A stretch of 64,000 nucleotides of DNA from Vulcanimicrobiota bacterium. Its GTDB lineage: Bacteria > Vulcanimicrobiota > Vulcanimicrobiia > Vulcanimicrobiales > Vulcanimicrobiaceae. Every line of letters starts with the position of its first letter. Position 1 is the stretch's first letter. The notes beneath the pieces were generated by a model. That model did no database searches, was not told where the DNA came from, and saw nothing but the letters and a program-made list of their open reading frames with translations. The DNA lies in assembly GCA_963795855.1 (NCBI GenBank), contig CAWCIZ010000002.1, forward strand, positions 128,001 to 192,000, in the 5' to 3' direction. Shown here one piece after another: positions 9,299 to 19,420 of this stretch. The translations under genes were made by a program, and so were the position numbers.

Positions 9299-10419
9299 AA
9301 GTCCTGGAATGCCTGCCTATCAAAACCGAGTACACGGTCGTGCGGAGCCGTTCGCCGCTGCGCATCAGTTTCTGCGGCGGAGGCACCGACGTTCCGCCGT
9401 ACCCCGAGCAGTTCGGCGGATGCGTCTTGTCGTGCACCATTGAAAAATACGCGTACGTGTCCGTGCGGCCGTACATCGATCGCAGCATCCACGTAGTCTC
9501 CGAAGATCAGGGCTTGGACGTGCATTTCGATGCAAACGGCGGCGACCGACTGGAGGGACGTCTGGACATCGCGCAAGCCATTTTTCGCCGCTTTTCAGCC
9601 GTCGGACTCGAGTGCCACATGGCGGCAGACGCGCCGCCGGGCAGCGGGCTGGGTTCTTCTTCCAGTATGATCGTCGCGCTCATCGAAGCGCTCTCGCGCG
9701 AGCAAGGCGTCACGCTCTCGAAGTATCAGAAGGCGGAACTGGCGTTTCAGATCGAACGCAACGATTTAGGAATCGTCGGCGGCATGCAAGACCAGTACGC
9801 GGCCGCTTTCGGTGGATTCAACTTCATCGAATTCGAGAAAAACGGCGTCTACGTTACACCGCTTCGCTGCGGCGACGACCTGCTCTCGGAGTTGCACTAT
9901 CACCTGCTGTTGTGCTACACCGGCACGACCCGCGTTTCCAGCAACATTCTGGCCGAACAAACCGCGAACGTCGTCGAGCAGCGCGGCAAGGTCATGGACA
10001 GTTTGGCCGGTCTCAAGCAGCTCACGCACGATCTGAAACGCGCGCTGTTAAAGGGTCGGATGCTCGACTTCGGCGGCCTTTTGGATGAAGCGTGGACGCT
10101 CAAACGGAACTTGGCATCGGCGATCACCAACAGCCACATCGAGGAACTCTACGAAACGGCGAAGTCTGCCGGTGCGATCGGCGGAAAGATTCTCGGCGCC
10201 GGCGGCGGAGGGCATTTGCTGCTCTTCGCACCTTTCAACAAGCGCAGCAAAGTTCGCCAAGCCATAGAGGCCGCGGGCGCCCGCATTATCGACTTTCAAT
10301 TCGAAGATCGCGGCGCCGGAAGCTGGGCGACGACCGAAGAAACGTGGGCGCCGCTTACGCCTGGGTTAATTCCGGCTTCATCTCCGCACGAAGGGGTTCT
10401 CGCCCAAGCGCACGCATGA
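9295..10419 (+). CDS. hddA: GHMP kinase, D-glycero-alpha-D-manno-heptose 7-phosphate kinase-like
   Basis: PLRISFCGGGTD, PPGSGLGSSS, QDQYAAAFGG, GGKILGAGGGG; ATGA overlap with gmhB. Confidence 0.85.
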   Translation: MKVLECLPIKTEYTVVRSRSPLRISFCGGGTDVPPYPEQFGGCVLSCTIEKYAYVSVRPYIDRSIHVVSEDQGLDVHFDANGGDRLEGRLDIAQAIFRRFSAVGLECHMAADAPPGSGLGSSSSMIVALIEALSREQGVTLSKYQKAELAFQIERNDLGIVGGMQDQYAAAFGGFNFIEFEKNGVYVTPLRCGDDLLSELHYHLLLCYTGTTRVSSNILAEQTANVVEQRGKVMDSLAGLKQLTHDLKRALLKGRMLDFGGLLDEAWTLKRNLASAITNSHIEELYETAKSAGAIGGKILGAGGGGHLLLFAPFNKRSKVRQAIEAAGARIIDFQFEDRGAGSWATTEETWAPLTPGLIPASSPHEGVLAQAHA

Positions 10420-11503
10420 TGTTCGCCGCGGCTAACGCCCACGTAAACTCGTTCAGCGCGCGCTGCCGGCCGTAGATTCCCATCGCGTCCGCCCTGTTCC
10501 GATTGCCAAGCAGCACGCGTAGTGCGCCTGCGATGTCCTGCGGATCGTTCCCGTCGACCAGCAGGCCCGACTTACCGTTTTCGATAGCATCTTCAGCTCC
10601 GGAGTTCATGCCGCCGACCGACGCGAGTCCCGCCATTGCGGCCTCCAGATACACGATGCCGAAACCTTCGACGTCGCCCGCGCCGACGCGCCGCGTCGCG
10701 AGGGAGAAACACCAGGCGCGCGCATAGGCTTGCTCGAGTTCCGCGTCCGAAATATCACCGAGAAACGCAACGTGACGCGCAACGCCCAGCGATTGCGCCA
10801 GATTGCGGAAGTGCTCGGCATCCGGTCCAACGCCCACGATCTCGTATCGAAGCGTGGGGAACTCGTCGACGAGAAACGCAAGCGCCTCGATCGTCTTGTC
10901 GAACCCTTTGCGCCGGACGAGCCGCCCGACCGAGAGAATCGTGGGAACCTCGGCCGGCATGCGCTGCGAGGTCTTCGGTTCTATTCCGCAACGCCCGAGG
11001 ACGGGATCCGATGAAAGTTTCGCCTCGCGTAAAAGGCGCGCCGTAAACGCGCTGTTGGCCACCGCAACGTCGGCGCGCGCAAACACCGTCCGCATCATCG
11101 CTTTGCGCAAAAACGAGCGCTGCGAAAGTATCTCCGAACCGTGCGCGACGATCGCGAGTTTGCCGCGCAGCGAACGCGGCAGCGTCGCGCAGGCCAAGCC
11201 GCTGCGCAGCCACGACGACGCAATCGTGCACTTGTCCGGCATGTCGCGGTGCGCCTCGATTACCGCCTTGCGCACGCGGTAGGTCCACATCGGCAGCGAT
11301 TCCGGACGATCGTGACCGGGAAACGGAAAACGGATGACGCGGTAAGGCTGCGCGGCGTCAAATGCATCGCACTCGGGCATCCAAGGCGCAACCACGGTCA
11401 AAACGTGGCCCGCGGCGGCGATTTCATCCGCGAGCCTGACCATATAGCGCTCGATGCCGCCGTATCCTGGCGGGGGAAATTCCGTGGTTGCTAAAACCGG
11501 CAT
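10355..11503 (-). CDS. Glycosyltransferase family 4 (PimB-like)
   Basis: FPPPGYGGIE, VGRLVRRKG, EGFGIVYLEA; GGAG before ATG at 11503; convergent 65-bp overlap with hddA. Confidence 0.9.
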   Translation of the reverse strand: MPVLATTEFPPPGYGGIERYMVRLADEIAAAGHVLTVVAPWMPECDAFDAAQPYRVIRFPFPGHDRPESLPMWTYRVRKAVIEAHRDMPDKCTIASSWLRSGLACATLPRSLRGKLAIVAHGSEILSQRSFLRKAMMRTVFARADVAVANSAFTARLLREAKLSSDPVLGRCGIEPKTSQRMPAEVPTILSVGRLVRRKGFDKTIEALAFLVDEFPTLRYEIVGVGPDAEHFRNLAQSLGVARHVAFLGDISDAELEQAYARAWCFSLATRRVGAGDVEGFGIVYLEAAMAGLASVGGMNSGAEDAIENGKSGLLVDGNDPQDIAGALRVLLGNRNRADAMGIYGRQRALNEFTWALAAANIMRALGREPLRAEMKPELTQA

Positions 11504-11658
11504 GGTTCTCCGTTTGAGTATACGGACCGCAGAACAACGGCGCGTGAGGCGTGCGCATGTCGCGCGTAGGCGTGCCGGCATAGGCCGGACAGCCCATGAA
11601 ATCGGGAGATGAGCTGCTCATACGCGGCGCGGAAACCGCGTGCTAGCATGGGCTTCGC

Positions 11659-12072
11659 ATGGCCTTCATCAGGGACTCCGCCAAAACGGCAATCGTTGCG
11701 CTCGTGCTGATGGCCGTTTTTTTGTTCGTAGCGCTTAGCCGGCATTTCGAAAAGGCAACCACGCCGAGCACTCTCGGCGATTTCGTCCATGTCGACATAC
11801 GAAAGCTTCTAAGCGTCGTGGCATTCGGATTGATTGGACTGGCGATGGCATACTGGCGCAGGCGCGGCGAGAAAGACGTTCTCCCCGTCGCACTCATCGT
11901 CGCCGGTTACAGCGCGCTCATCGAAATCGCGCAATGGCTGCATGGCGAACGCGAAGGCCTGTACTGGAACACGATCGATACGCTCTGCGGGTATATCGGC
12001 GGCTTCTTCGGTGCGTGGACGTACGTCCTGATCGAGCGTTTGCGATGCGGCAAGACGGATCGGGTTACGTAA
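11659..12072 (+). CDS. VanZ-like membrane protein
   Basis: Four hydrophobic segments; YSALIEIAQ and D-x4-GG pattern typical of VanZ. Confidence 0.55.
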   Translation: MAFIRDSAKTAIVALVLMAVFLFVALSRHFEKATTPSTLGDFVHVDIRKLLSVVAFGLIGLAMAYWRRRGEKDVLPVALIVAGYSALIEIAQWLHGEREGLYWNTIDTLCGYIGGFFGAWTYVLIERLRCGKTDRVT

Positions 12073-13255
12073 ACGCGCTCGTGCCCGTAATCGCCTGCCC
12101 GAGAATCAGCGTGTGCACCTCGCTCGTGCCCTCGTAGGTGAGCACCGACTCGAGATTGTTCATATGGCGGATCACGGGATATTCGAGCGTTACGCCGTTG
12201 GCGCCTAAGATGGAGCGCGCTTCGCGCGCAATGGCGAGCGCCTCGCGCACGTTATTGAGTTTTCCGAAACTCACGTGCGTCGCGTGCGCGCGGCTTTGAT
12301 CTTTCATGCGGCCGATGTGCAGCGCAAGAAGCGTGCCTTTATTCAACTCGACCAGCATGTTGACGAGTTTTTCCTGTGTGATTTGAAAGCCGCCGATCGG
12401 CCTGCCGAACTGCACGCGCGTTTTCGAATACTCGAGCGCGGTTTCGAAACACGTTCGTGCCGCGCCCATGACGCCCCAAACGATGCCATAGCGCGCTTCG
12501 TTTAAACACGCCAGCGGGCCGCGCAAACCGCGAACCTCCGGAAATGCCGCTTCGCCGGGGATGCGGCAGTCGTTCAGCACCAGCTCAGACGTAACGGACG
12601 CGCGCAGCGAAAGCTTTCGCTCTATCGCGTGCGCGGCAAACCCTCTCGTTTCGGTTGGAACGGCAAAACCGCGAATGCCTTCGTCCGTTTGCGCCCAAAT
12701 GATTGCGACGTCCGCGATGCCGCCGTTCGTGATCCACATCTTTGTGCCGCTGATAATCCAGTCGCTGCCGTCGCGGCGCGCGAACGTGCGCATATCGCCT
12801 GGATTGCTGCCGAAATCCGGCTCGGTCAATCCGAAACATCCGAGCGCGTCACCCGCCGCCATGCGTGGAAGCCATAATTCCTTTTGCTCCTCGCTCGCCC
12901 AGCGGTGAATGGCGAACATCGCGAGAGAGCCTTGTACCGAGGCAAAGCTGCGTACGCCGGAATCGCCCGCTTCGAGTTCGAGACAAGCGATGCCGTACGC
13001 CACCGCGCTCGCGCCGGGGCAGCCGTAGCCGTGCAGATGCATGCCGAGAAGCCCGAGATTGCCGAGCTGCTTACCCAGTTCGCGCGGCAGCGTGCCTTCT
13101 TCGAACCACTCCGCGATGTTGGGCGTGATGCGATCTCGCACGAACGCGCGAACGGTCTCGCGGACCATGCGCTCTTCGTCGTCGAGCAGCGCGTCGATGT
13201 TCAGGAAGTCCTGCGGATTCGGCAGGGTGGGGGCCTTCTCTTGGGTGGCGGTCAT
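12065..13255 (-). CDS. gcdH: Acyl-CoA dehydrogenase, glutaryl-CoA dehydrogenase-like
   Basis: GCFGLTEPDFGS, CLNEARYGI, ILGANG, TYEGT..VH.LILG..ITG. Confidence 0.8.
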   Translation of the reverse strand: MTATQEKAPTLPNPQDFLNIDALLDDEERMVRETVRAFVRDRITPNIAEWFEEGTLPRELGKQLGNLGLLGMHLHGYGCPGASAVAYGIACLELEAGDSGVRSFASVQGSLAMFAIHRWASEEQKELWLPRMAAGDALGCFGLTEPDFGSNPGDMRTFARRDGSDWIISGTKMWITNGGIADVAIIWAQTDEGIRGFAVPTETRGFAAHAIERKLSLRASVTSELVLNDCRIPGEAAFPEVRGLRGPLACLNEARYGIVWGVMGAARTCFETALEYSKTRVQFGRPIGGFQITQEKLVNMLVELNKGTLLALHIGRMKDQSRAHATHVSFGKLNNVREALAIAREARSILGANGVTLEYPVIRHMNNLESVLTYEGTSEVHTLILGQAITGTSAFT

Positions 13256-13260
13256 GGTTC

Positions 13261-13686
13261 CTAGCGTTTGAGAACGCGGGCGATTTTGTCGAAGAGCGCT
13301 TCCATCGATCGTTCGTTGGCATCTTCCAGACGCCGCCACAATAAACGGCCTTCCGTATCGCTCAAGGTGGCTTCGATGCGGTGCTGGACCGTCGTCTTCT
13401 TCGCGTCGCCGCTCAGATAAAACCCGTGCGTGCCTTCGAAGCCCTCGTTCTGAATTCGCCACACGATGCGTTCTTCCGGGACGATCTCGTCCAGGACGGC
13501 ATGGAATCCGTTATGCCATTCCTCCGTTTTTTGAGGAACGAGCGGTCCCGGCGAGCGCATGAACGGCTGCGCTGCAAACGGCCAGACGACATCGTTCGAG
13601 GTGCCCATGTCGACGAGGAGTTGAAAAATCCGGCGGCGCGTTCCGGAAAAGGTTCGCTCGCGAACGTGGTGCAGCGGAATCGGCAT
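13261..13686 (-). CDS. SRPBCC/START-like hypothetical protein
   Basis: 141 aa; beta-rich core plus C-terminal amphipathic helix. Confidence 0.5.
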   Translation of the reverse strand: MPIPLHHVRERTFSGTRRRIFQLLVDMGTSNDVVWPFAAQPFMRSPGPLVPQKTEEWHNGFHAVLDEIVPEERIVWRIQNEGFEGTHGFYLSGDAKKTTVQHRIEATLSDTEGRLLWRRLEDANERSMEALFDKIARVLKR

Positions 13687-13747
13687 GAAGTTCCTTTCGC
13701 CGGGCGACCAGGCGTATCCATGCCGCTGAGCCGGAATGGGGACGGCT

Positions 13748-13984
13748 CTACGTCTTCGGCCCGATATCCCGCTCGGTCATTTTTGCGAGCATCTGAATGA
13801 CGATCGTTGCGATGATGGTAATAATCACGGCGTAACCCAGCTCGGCCCAGATGCCGGAACCGGGTTTGAGGTACATCGCGATTAGGTCGGTGATGAACTT
13901 GTTCCACGCCAGCGCCGCGATCAGCCCGAAGGCGGCGGTCGCCAGCGCGATCATGGTCCCCAAATAGCTCGGCTTTACTTCCAT
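13748..13984 (-). CDS. Small two-helix membrane protein (DUF5654-like)
   Basis: TAAFGLIAALAWN...YAVIIT pattern. Confidence 0.7.
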   Translation of the reverse strand: MEVKPSYLGTMIALATAAFGLIAALAWNKFITDLIAMYLKPGSGIWAELGYAVIITIIATIVIQMLAKMTERDIGPKT

Positions 13985-14142
13985 GACTCGTCGCTCCGCG
14001 CGTCGTTTTTTACGCGCTCGATTTCACCGGTGATGAGGTTGAGTGGAAAGCCGTCGCCGTTGCTGAGCCACACCCCCGACTCATTGCGCACGACTTTCAG
14101 TTCCTTCGCCTGTACGAAGGCGATTAAAATCATATCCAACAC
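13975..14142 (-). CDS. 55-aa hypothetical protein missed by the ORF track
   Basis: GGAGG SD, GTG start; MLDMILIAFVQAKELKVVRNESGVWLSNGDGFPLNLITGEIERVKNDARSDESWK; stop overlaps the next start. Confidence 0.55.
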   Translation of the reverse strand: MLDMILIAFVQAKELKVVRNESGVWLSNGDGFPLNLITGEIERVKNDARSDESWK

Positions 14143-14275
14143 GAGCGTATACCTCCACGGCAGGAGAGATGCCCCCAGACAAAGCGGCGCTACGGCGCGG
14201 CGCTTGCGGCGGCCTTGCGGCTAACCTGTGGAAACGCGAGGATAAAGCGGGATTTCTGCGCACATCCTGTGAGTA

Positions 14276-14539
14276 ATGCGACCTCACGATATTGGGTCTT
14301 CCGGGCAGTACGGGCGTATCGACACGTCGGACGACGCGGCACCCTTCCACCACGAGTGGGAAGCGCGCGTTTTTGCGCTCAACCGCGTGCTGCTGCAGAA
14401 GGCGCTGTATACGCTCGACGAATTCCGCGACGCGATCGAAACGATGCCGTCTGACGCGTATCGAAACAGCAGCTACTATGAGCGTTGGCTGCAAGCAATT
14501 GAAACGCTGCTGCAGCGCAAAGGTTTGCCCGATGTTTGA
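14276..14539 (+). CDS. Nitrile hydratase beta subunit N-terminal module as a separate gene (ScnB-like)
   Basis: HDIG, FHHEWEARVFAL, LDEFR.AIE.M, SYYERWL. Confidence 0.85.
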   Translation: MRPHDIGSSGQYGRIDTSDDAAPFHHEWEARVFALNRVLLQKALYTLDEFRDAIETMPSDAYRNSSYYERWLQAIETLLQRKGLPDV

Positions 14540-14780
14540 ACCGGGATCGCGAGTGCGCACGCGCGCTCAGCGCACGACCGGCCACACGCGGCTGCCGGGC
14601 TATTTGCAAACGCGCAGCGGACGCGTGGTGTGCGCGCTTGGTTCGTTTCGTTTCGCCGACGAGGCGGCGAGAGCCGGAACGCAAGCGCCTCACGAAATGC
14701 TGTACACGGTCGAGTTCGATCTTGACGACCACGCCGTTCGCGCCGACCTTTTCGAGTCATACTTGGAGCCCGAGGGATGA
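14532..14780 (+). CDS. Nitrile hydratase beta subunit C-terminal SH3-like module as a separate gene (ScnA-like)
   Basis: FEPGSRV, GHTRLPGY, LYTVEF, DLFESYLEP; own ATG overlapping the upstream stop. Confidence 0.85.
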   Translation: MFEPGSRVRTRAQRTTGHTRLPGYLQTRSGRVVCALGSFRFADEAARAGTQAPHEMLYTVEFDLDDHAVRADLFESYLEPEG

Positions 14781-15376
14781 GCGCGCGCGCGCACGATCAC
14801 GAGCACAGCGCGAACGCGTCGCGCCGAGTCAAGACGTTGATTGCAAGGCTGGAAACGCACGGCGTAACGACCGAGCAGCAACTCGACGCCCTCGTCGAAT
14901 CGTTTCTCGCGCATTCACGGCCGGAGAACGGCTACCGCATCGTCGCGCGCGCATGGAGCGATGCAACGTTCAAAAAACGTTTGTTGAACGATGCCAACGC
15001 GGCCGTCGCCGAGTTGGGCGTCGACCTTACGCATTGGGCGCCCGTACGGCTGCGCGTCGTGGAAAATACCGAAGCTGCGCACAACCTCATCGTCTGCACG
15101 CTGTGCTCGTGCTACCCCATTGCCTTGCTCGGGCCGTCACCGTCCTGGTATAAGAGCGAGGCGTACCGCGCGCGCGCTGTCGCCGAGCCGCGCGCCGTCT
15201 TACGAGAATTCGGTGTCGAGCTCGCGCGCGACGCGCGAATCGTCGTGTGGGACAGCACCGCCGAGGCGCGCTACATGGTGCTCCCGCAACGCCCGCGCGC
15301 AGCGGAGGCGCTGAACGAAGCGGAATTGGCCGCTCTCGTCACGCGCAACGGTCTCATCGGTACGGCACTCGTGTAA
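14777..15376 (+). CDS. nthA: Cobalt-type nitrile hydratase alpha subunit / thiocyanate hydrolase gamma-like
   Basis: VCTLCSCYP metal motif (Thr/Tyr indicate Co type), VARAWSD..FK.RLL, VWDSTAE.RYMVLP.RP. Confidence 0.9.
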   Translation: MSARAHDHEHSANASRRVKTLIARLETHGVTTEQQLDALVESFLAHSRPENGYRIVARAWSDATFKKRLLNDANAAVAELGVDLTHWAPVRLRVVENTEAAHNLIVCTLCSCYPIALLGPSPSWYKSEAYRARAVAEPRAVLREFGVELARDARIVVWDSTAEARYMVLPQRPRAAEALNEAELAALVTRNGLIGTALV

Positions 15377-15406
15377 AAAAAGGCCCCGTTACGACGGGGC
15401 CTTTTT
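15375..15406. terminator. Bidirectional intrinsic terminator between nthA and rpsJ
   Basis: AAAAAGGCCCCGT-TACG-ACGGGGCCTTTTT. Confidence 0.9.
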
Positions 15407-15413
15407 CCGGTGT

Positions 15414-15722
<309 letters not shown>

Positions 15723-15767
15723 TTACTTTCTCGACATTCCTTAACTAGCAGTGATCCCACGACGACG

Positions 15768-17057
15768 CTATTTTCGTTTGCAGTTAGGCGCCGGTTTGCG
15801 AAGTGGTCTATGGACCACAAGAAAACCGGCAACAACGCTGCGGACGAAAAGAGCTGAGTCTTGGACTCCGACGACGACGCCGGCGCCGACTGTCCGGCCG
15901 CCCTCGCGGATTGCGAAACGCAGACCTTCTTCACACGCAATCGGCGTGATGAGTTCCACGTCCATCGCGACGTTGTCGCCCGGCATCACCATTTCCACGC
16001 CCTCCGGCAGTTTGATGGTGCCGGTCACGTCCGTCGTACGGAAATAAAACTGCGGCCGGTAGTTTGCGAAGAACGGCGTATGACGTCCGCCCTCTTCCTT
16101 CGAGAGGACGTAGACTTCCGCTTTGAACTTCTTGTGCGGTTTGATCGAACCGGGCTTTGCGAGCACCTGGCCGCGCTCGATGCCGGTGCGCTCGATGCCG
16201 CGCAGCAGCACGCCGATGTTGTCGCCGGCGATTCCGATGTCGAGCAGTTTGCGGAACATCTCGATGCCCGTAACGACGCTCTTCTTCGTCTCTTCCGTCA
16301 GCCCGACGATCTCGACTTCTTCACCGACCTTGACTTGACCGCGCTCGACGCGGCCGGTCCCTACCGTACCGCGGCCGGTGATCGTGAATACGTCTTCCAC
16401 CGGCATGAGGAACGGTTTGTCGGTTTCGCGGACCGGATCCGGAATGTACTCGTCGACCGTGTCCATCAACTTGAAGATCGGATCCGCATCGGCGTCACCG
16501 CGCTTGCCCGAGCTGTTCAGCGCCTTGAGGGCCGAACCGCGGATAATAGGCGTAGTGTCGCCGGGGAACTCGTACTGGTTGAGGAGTTCGCGAACTTCCA
16601 TTTCGACCAGTTCGAGCAATTCTTCGTCGTCGACCATGTCGCACTTGTTCAGAAACACGACGATGTACGGAACGCCGACCTGCTTCATCAGCAGAATGTG
16701 CTCGCGTGTCTGCGGCATCGGACCGTCCGTCGCGGAGACGACGAGAATGGCGCCGTCCATCTGCGCCGCGCCGGTGATCATGTTCTTGATGTAGTCGGCG
16801 TGGCCGGGGCAGTCGACGTGCGCGTAGTGGCGCTTCTTGGTCTCGTATTCTTGGTGCGAGATCGCGATCGTAATGCCGCGCTCTTTTTCTTCCGGAGCGT
16901 TGTCGATGTCGTCGACGTTGCGCTTCTGGATGTTTGCGTTCTCGGTGGCGAGGCAGTTGATGATTGCCGCGGTAAGCGTCGTCTTACCGTGGTCGACGTG
17001 CCCCGTCGTGCCGATGTTTACGTGGGGTTTGCTACGTTCGAATTTAGCCTTCGCCAT
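15768..17057 (-). CDS. tuf: Elongation factor Tu with an apparent ~29-aa C-terminal extension
   Basis: [36 protein letters not shown]. Confidence 0.98.
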   Translation of the reverse strand: MAKAKFERSKPHVNIGTTGHVDHGKTTLTAAIINCLATENANIQKRNVDDIDNAPEEKERGITIAISHQEYETKKRHYAHVDCPGHADYIKNMITGAAQMDGAILVVSATDGPMPQTREHILLMKQVGVPYIVVFLNKCDMVDDEELLELVEMEVRELLNQYEFPGDTTPIIRGSALKALNSSGKRGDADADPIFKLMDTVDEYIPDPVRETDKPFLMPVEDVFTITGRGTVGTGRVERGQVKVGEEVEIVGLTEETKKSVVTGIEMFRKLLDIGIAGDNIGVLLRGIERTGIERGQVLAKPGSIKPHKKFKAEVYVLSKEEGGRHTPFFANYRPQFYFRTTDVTGTIKLPEGVEMVMPGDNVAMDVELITPIACEEGLRFAIREGGRTVGAGVVVGVQDSALFVRSVVAGFLVVHRPLRKPAPNCKRK

Positions 17058-17108
17058 GATTCGCTTTTCGTATCCTTTGCTTGCTTATCGCTTGTTTTTG
17101 GGGTCTTC

Positions 17109-17180
17109 AGGGTTCTTTCGATCCTCGGGATATGTGCGATCCTTCGGGTCTTTTCGATCCCTGGGGTCTTTGAGATCCTT
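17109..17180. repeat. Four degenerate 18-bp tandem repeats in the fusA-tuf spacer
   Basis: agggttctttcgatcctc / gggatatgtgcgatcctt / cgggtcttttcgatccct / ggggtctttgagatcctt. Confidence 0.8.
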
Positions 17181-17187
17181 GGTCGTG

Positions 17188-19293
17188 TTATGCGGCGGAG
17201 CTTTTCTTTCCGGCCGCTTTTGCGACCACTTCCTCCTCGACCGATTTCGGAGCTTTCTCGTAGTGAGAGAACTCCATCGTATACGTCGCGCGGCCTTGCG
17301 TTGCCGACCGCATATCGGTCGCATAGCCGAACATCTCCGAGAGCGGTACGTGCGCGGTAATCACCTGCGCGCCGCCCGGAACTTCTTCCGTCGCTTGGAT
17401 CATGCCGCGGCGCCGATTCAGGTCTCCGGTGATGGCGCCGATGTAGTCCTTCGGCGTCGTCACTTCGACTTTCATGATCGGTTCCAGCAAGATCGGCCCT
17501 GCGGAGCGATTCGCGTCCTTGAATCCCATCGACGCGGCGATCTTGAACGCCATTTCCGAGGAGTCCACGTCGTGGTATGAACCGTCGAACGCTTCGACCT
17601 TGAAGTCCATCACCGGAAAGCCCGCAAGGACGCCGCTTTGCGATGCCTCGCGAATGCCTTCCTGAACGGCTTTCTGGTACTCCTTCGGAACGTTGCCGCC
17701 GACGATCTTCCATTCGAAGACGAAACCGGTTCCGGGTTCGCCGGGCATGACGCGCAGCCACACGTCGCCGTACTGGCCTTTACCGCCGGACTGCCGGACG
17801 AATTTGCCCTGCTTCTCGACCTTTTTGGTGATCGCTTCTTTGTAGGCGACCTGCGGTTTGCCCACGTTCGCCTCGACTTTGAACTCGCGGCGCAGACGAT
17901 CGAGAATGATCTCGAGATGCAGCTCGCCCATACCGGCGATAATCGTCTGCTGCGTTTCCTCGTCCGTATACATGCGGAACGTCGGATCCTCTTGCGCCAG
18001 GCGCTGCAGACCTTTGCCGAGCTGGTTCTGATCGCCCTTGGTCTTCGGTTCGATGGCCTGAGAGATGACCGGTTCCGGGAACGTGATCGACTCGAGCATG
18101 ATCGGATGCTTTTCGTCGCAGAGCGTATCGCCCGTGCGCGTGTCCGTTAAGCCGACCGCTGCCGCGATGTCGCCCGCTCCAATCGAATCGATGTCTTCGC
18201 GGTGGTTCGCATGCATACGCAGAATGCGCCCGATGCGCTCTTTCCTGCCGGAACGCGAGTTGTACACGTACGAGCCTTTGTCGAGCGTCCCGGAATAGAC
18301 GCGAAAATACGTCAGGTTCCCGTATGGATCGGTCGCGATCTTGAACGCCAACGCCGCAAACGGTTCTTTGTCGTCGGGCTTGCGCGTGATCTCTGCTTCC
18401 GTTTTCGTATCCTTGCCGATGATCGGCTTGGCGTCGAGCGGCGAGGGCATGTACTCGACTACTGCATCGAGCAGCGGCTGCACGCCTTTGTTCTTGAACG
18501 CGGATCCGCAAAGCATCGGCAGCACCGTGCCGGCGATGGTCGCCTTGCGCAGCGCTTCCTTCATACGATCGATCGGCAGGTCTTTGCCGTCGAAGAACAT
18601 CTCGAGCAGCTCTTCGTCTTGCTCGGCGATATTCTCCACGAGGTTTTGACGCCACTTGTGCGCGACGGCCTTCAACTCGCCGTCCGCATCCGTGACGGCC
18701 GCTTCGGCCATGGTCGAACCGAGATCGTCGGAATAGACGATCTTCTTCATCGTGAACAGATCGACCACACCTTCGAAGTGGTCTTCGGCACCAATCGGCA
18801 CTTGGATCGGCGTCGCGTTTGCGCCCAGACGCTCTTTGATCTTGTCGACCGCATTGAAGAAGTCGGCGCCCATGCGGTCCATCTTGTTGACGAAGATGAT
18901 CCTCGGCACTTTGTATTTGTTGGCTTGACGCCACACCGTCTCGGACTGGGGCTGCACGGCGGCGACCGAGTCGAAGAGGGCGACGAGGCCGTCAAGGACG
19001 CGGAGCGATCGCTCCACTTCGACCGTGAAGTCCACGTGGCCAGGCGTATCGATAATATTGATGCGCGTGTCGTGCCACGTGCACGCCGTCGCAGCCGACG
19101 TAATCGTGATGCCGCGCTCTTGCTCTTGAACCATCCAGTCCATCGTCGCGGCGCCGTCGTGCACTTCGCCGATTTTGTGCGTGCGGCCGGTATAGAACAG
19201 AATGCGTTCGGTGCACGTCGTTTTGCCCGCGTCGATGTGCGCGGCGATGCCGATGTTGCGTGTCCGCTCGAGCGGAAATTCTCTTGCTGCCAT
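17188..19293 (-). CDS. fusA: Elongation factor G
   Basis: [42 protein letters not shown]. Confidence 0.98.
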   Translation of the reverse strand: MAAREFPLERTRNIGIAAHIDAGKTTCTERILFYTGRTHKIGEVHDGAATMDWMVQEQERGITITSAATACTWHDTRINIIDTPGHVDFTVEVERSLRVLDGLVALFDSVAAVQPQSETVWRQANKYKVPRIIFVNKMDRMGADFFNAVDKIKERLGANATPIQVPIGAEDHFEGVVDLFTMKKIVYSDDLGSTMAEAAVTDADGELKAVAHKWRQNLVENIAEQDEELLEMFFDGKDLPIDRMKEALRKATIAGTVLPMLCGSAFKNKGVQPLLDAVVEYMPSPLDAKPIIGKDTKTEAEITRKPDDKEPFAALAFKIATDPYGNLTYFRVYSGTLDKGSYVYNSRSGRKERIGRILRMHANHREDIDSIGAGDIAAAVGLTDTRTGDTLCDEKHPIMLESITFPEPVISQAIEPKTKGDQNQLGKGLQRLAQEDPTFRMYTDEETQQTIIAGMGELHLEIILDRLRREFKVEANVGKPQVAYKEAITKKVEKQGKFVRQSGGKGQYGDVWLRVMPGEPGTGFVFEWKIVGGNVPKEYQKAVQEGIREASQSGVLAGFPVMDFKVEAFDGSYHDVDSSEMAFKIAASMGFKDANRSAGPILLEPIMKVEVTTPKDYIGAITGDLNRRRGMIQATEEVPGGAQVITAHVPLSEMFGYATDMRSATQGRATYTMEFSHYEKAPKSVEEEVVAKAAGKKSSAA

Positions 19294-19420
19294 TGTTTTA
19301 TTCGTAAGTTCTATCGGCGCCCACGGGGAGCGCTTATGTTAGCAGTATCTTTAGGCGCCATGCAATCATGGGGGCCCCACGCTTCGGCGTGGGGGGCGCG
19401 GAGGCCAGGCCGAAGCGCCA

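Noticed and set aside
17109..17180. Repeat array as a CRISPR
   Set aside because: Units are 18 bp, contiguous and degenerate with no spacers; no cas genes
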